Shown: positions 61,939-64,000 of the stretch, one piece after another
Layout of the letters: each line of letters begins with the position of its first letter
Numbering within the stretch: the stretch's first letter is position 1
From: Phaeosaccion multiseriatum
Lineage: Eukaryota > Protista > Ochrophyta, other classes
Length of the DNA stretch: 64,000 bases
Assembly (NCBI GenBank): GCA_965112735.1
Contig: OZ218962.1
Location: 682,001-746,000, forward strand
Direction: 5' to 3'
The notes under the pieces: model-generated
What the model saw: the letters and a program-made list of their open reading frames with translations, nothing else
The model's database searches: none
What the model was told of the DNA's origin: nothing
Program-made: the position numbers and the translations under genes

Positions 61939-64000
61939 TCACCCCCCGCCCTCCCCGCCCTCCTCGCCCTCACCCCACCCCCCCCCTGGGTCCTCCGCTA
62001 CCACCATCTCCGCCACCTCGCCCCCTCCCTCTCCCTCACCCCCCCCCTCTCCCTCACCCCCCCCCTCTCCCTCTCCCCCCCCCCACCCCTCCTCCCCCTC
62101 CTCCTCCCACTCCTCGTCGTACTCTTCACTGCCATCCTCGTAGGCGAAGTTCATCATCGCCGCTACTACATGGGGGTACAGCTCCTCACCCCCATCCTCC
62201 AGCTCCATCTCAAAGTCAAAATCCTCATTCCCCTCCCAATCCTCCTCTCCACTGCCGCTTGCACTGCTCCATCCAGCCATTGAGTCGCTTTCACTGCCTC
62301 CGACGTTGTCTGAGCCGTGCAGGGTGGCGCTCTGAAGACTGAGGTGTAGAGAGGCGGGATTTCCCTTGTAGAGATAGGGGTCGACGAGTAAAGGGTTTCT
62401 GTGCAGGATGGCACTGGGTGGAGGGCTTGCCACTTCCTCTGCTTCCTTCACTCTCTCTATTGCCTTTGAGGACCGTGGGGGGCCCTCCACTTCAGTGCCG
62501 CTGCTGCTACTGCTGCCGCAGCCACTACCGCTGCGCTTGCCGTCGCTGTCCCCCTTGCCGCTGCCACTGTTGCTGTTGCTGCCACTACTGCTGCTCTTGC
62601 TCTCACGGATGCTGCTGCTGATGTCGGTGCCGATGCTTCGCATGCGTCTCGCGCTGGTGCTCCACAAGTGGTCTTCATAGCCCTGTACGTCGAAGCGAAA
62701 GGGCTGTGCGCCGAAGTTGGCCGTAATGGGCGCGTTCGAATCCACGCCAATCACAGGATACAGAGGACGCTGCGGAGTACGGACGTAAGCACGCAAGTGT
62801 GGGGGAGGGAGGGAGAGAGAGAGGCTTACAAAAAGACAGGGGGGACCCTAGGGAAGCATCATCAGTACGATTCACGGGATGGAGGGAGGGAGGGAGGGAG
62901 GGAGGGAGGGAGAACAAATGACACCACGACAGCGAACGCATGGTTCAATCACATTTGATGACAAGAGAAGAAGGCAAAGACAAGACTCACGCTGAGGGCC
63001 ACGTGCTGGAATGGAGCAGCGACAAACTCCCCATTGAGGGTGAAGAAGATGGCGACCTTGTAGCTCGTCGGCTGGTGTGGAACCAACCTGTCTACCTCCG
63101 CGCACCATCTTCAGAGACAAGAGAGAGGGGGGGGCGGAGGAGGAGGAGGATGAGGAGGAGGAGGAGGAGGAGGAGGAGGTGGTGGTGGTGGTGGTGGTGG
63201 AGGAAGAGGAGCAGGAGGATTAGGAGGGCTTGTTATTGCTCAGAGAGAGAGAGAGAGAGAGGGAGAGGACAAAACGCTGTGCTACTACACATATCACATC
63301 TCTGACCTCTAGACAGATCTCTGGACATACAGCTGCTCTGGACACACAGCAGCTCTTTAGAGGCTCGAGGCTCGAGGCTAACTCACCCGGGGAGGGGGTA
63401 GTGCATCTGCATCATGGGCTTGACGAGAGGAGGGTATACGATGCCACACCCTGCATTCATCGCCGTTTCGTTCAAACATTTAAAAACAATTACAAACAAA
63501 TACGATACAATGTGCAATACAGAAGAAAAACTGAGGGATTGCGTGATGCAATTTCCTCTCACTGACGTCATTCACGGACCGACTGTATCAAGGCCACATG
63601 GACACCCACAAGGGCACCCCAGGCAGGACCACTCAACCCCTCTCCACTGACATAATCAACATCCCAAGAGCACCCATATGACCGACCGGACTGCGTCGCC
63701 TTGTCACCCATCACCCATTCCCTCTCCCTCTCCCTCTCATCCCTCTCATTGATATATGCACTGACCGACTGTGTCGCCCTCTCGGAAGGGCCTCCTGACC
63801 AAAGCGGGTGTAGGGGTTCCGTGCCCGTGGTAGAAGTACCCGTCGTCGCCATGGTAGCCCCACGAGTGCCTGCCAGGCGTAACGCCCCAATCCAACCCCA
63901 CAAGGTCAGTGACGGTACATCGTGGGTAAACATGCACACACATGCACCCGCACACGCACATGCACGCGAACACGCACGCACGCAAATGTACAGATGGGTA
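61939..64000 (-). CDS. 3' part of a SPRY-domain (RanBPM/Ssh4-like) protein with acidic tail
   Basis: SWGYHGDDG..F..GDTVGCG; IFFTLNG; LYPVIG..ANFGAQPFRFD. Confidence 0.9.

Overview
Eukaryotic, GC-rich, intron- and microsatellite-rich nuclear DNA. An ASAF-type bipartite plastid signal at 47657 points to a photosynthetic stramenopile (ochrophyte). Bases 1-15910 are a head-to-tail array of about 5.78-kb units (one partial, two full). Each unit carries a 5'-truncated RLE-type non-LTR retroelement with a (CA)n tail, a truncated MATE transporter fragment and a ~600-aa ankyrin-repeat gene. Flanking and non-coding DNA is almost identical between units. The ankyrin genes, however, are mosaics of shuffled 99-bp modules that differ mainly at predicted ligand-contact residues, like a natural DARPin library. 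A divergent paralogue (56271-57827) shares the gene structure and an unrecognised C-terminal motif, and a decayed ankyrin copy lies near 35.1-35.6 kb. This diversifying ankyrin family is the best candidate for a novel, possibly immune-type, system. The rest of the window holds an ASCC2-like 3' fragment, a 400-bp foldback, a TPT-family transporter, a type I membrane protein, a MITE flanked by TCGA, a tyrosine-kinase-like non-RD kinase, TYW1, an HSF, an M1 aminopeptidase, a small plastid protein, an M3 peptidase, a secreted unknown, two tandem Cys-rich/mucin membrane proteins and the 3' part of a SPRY gene. All calls come from reading by eye; no searches were run.
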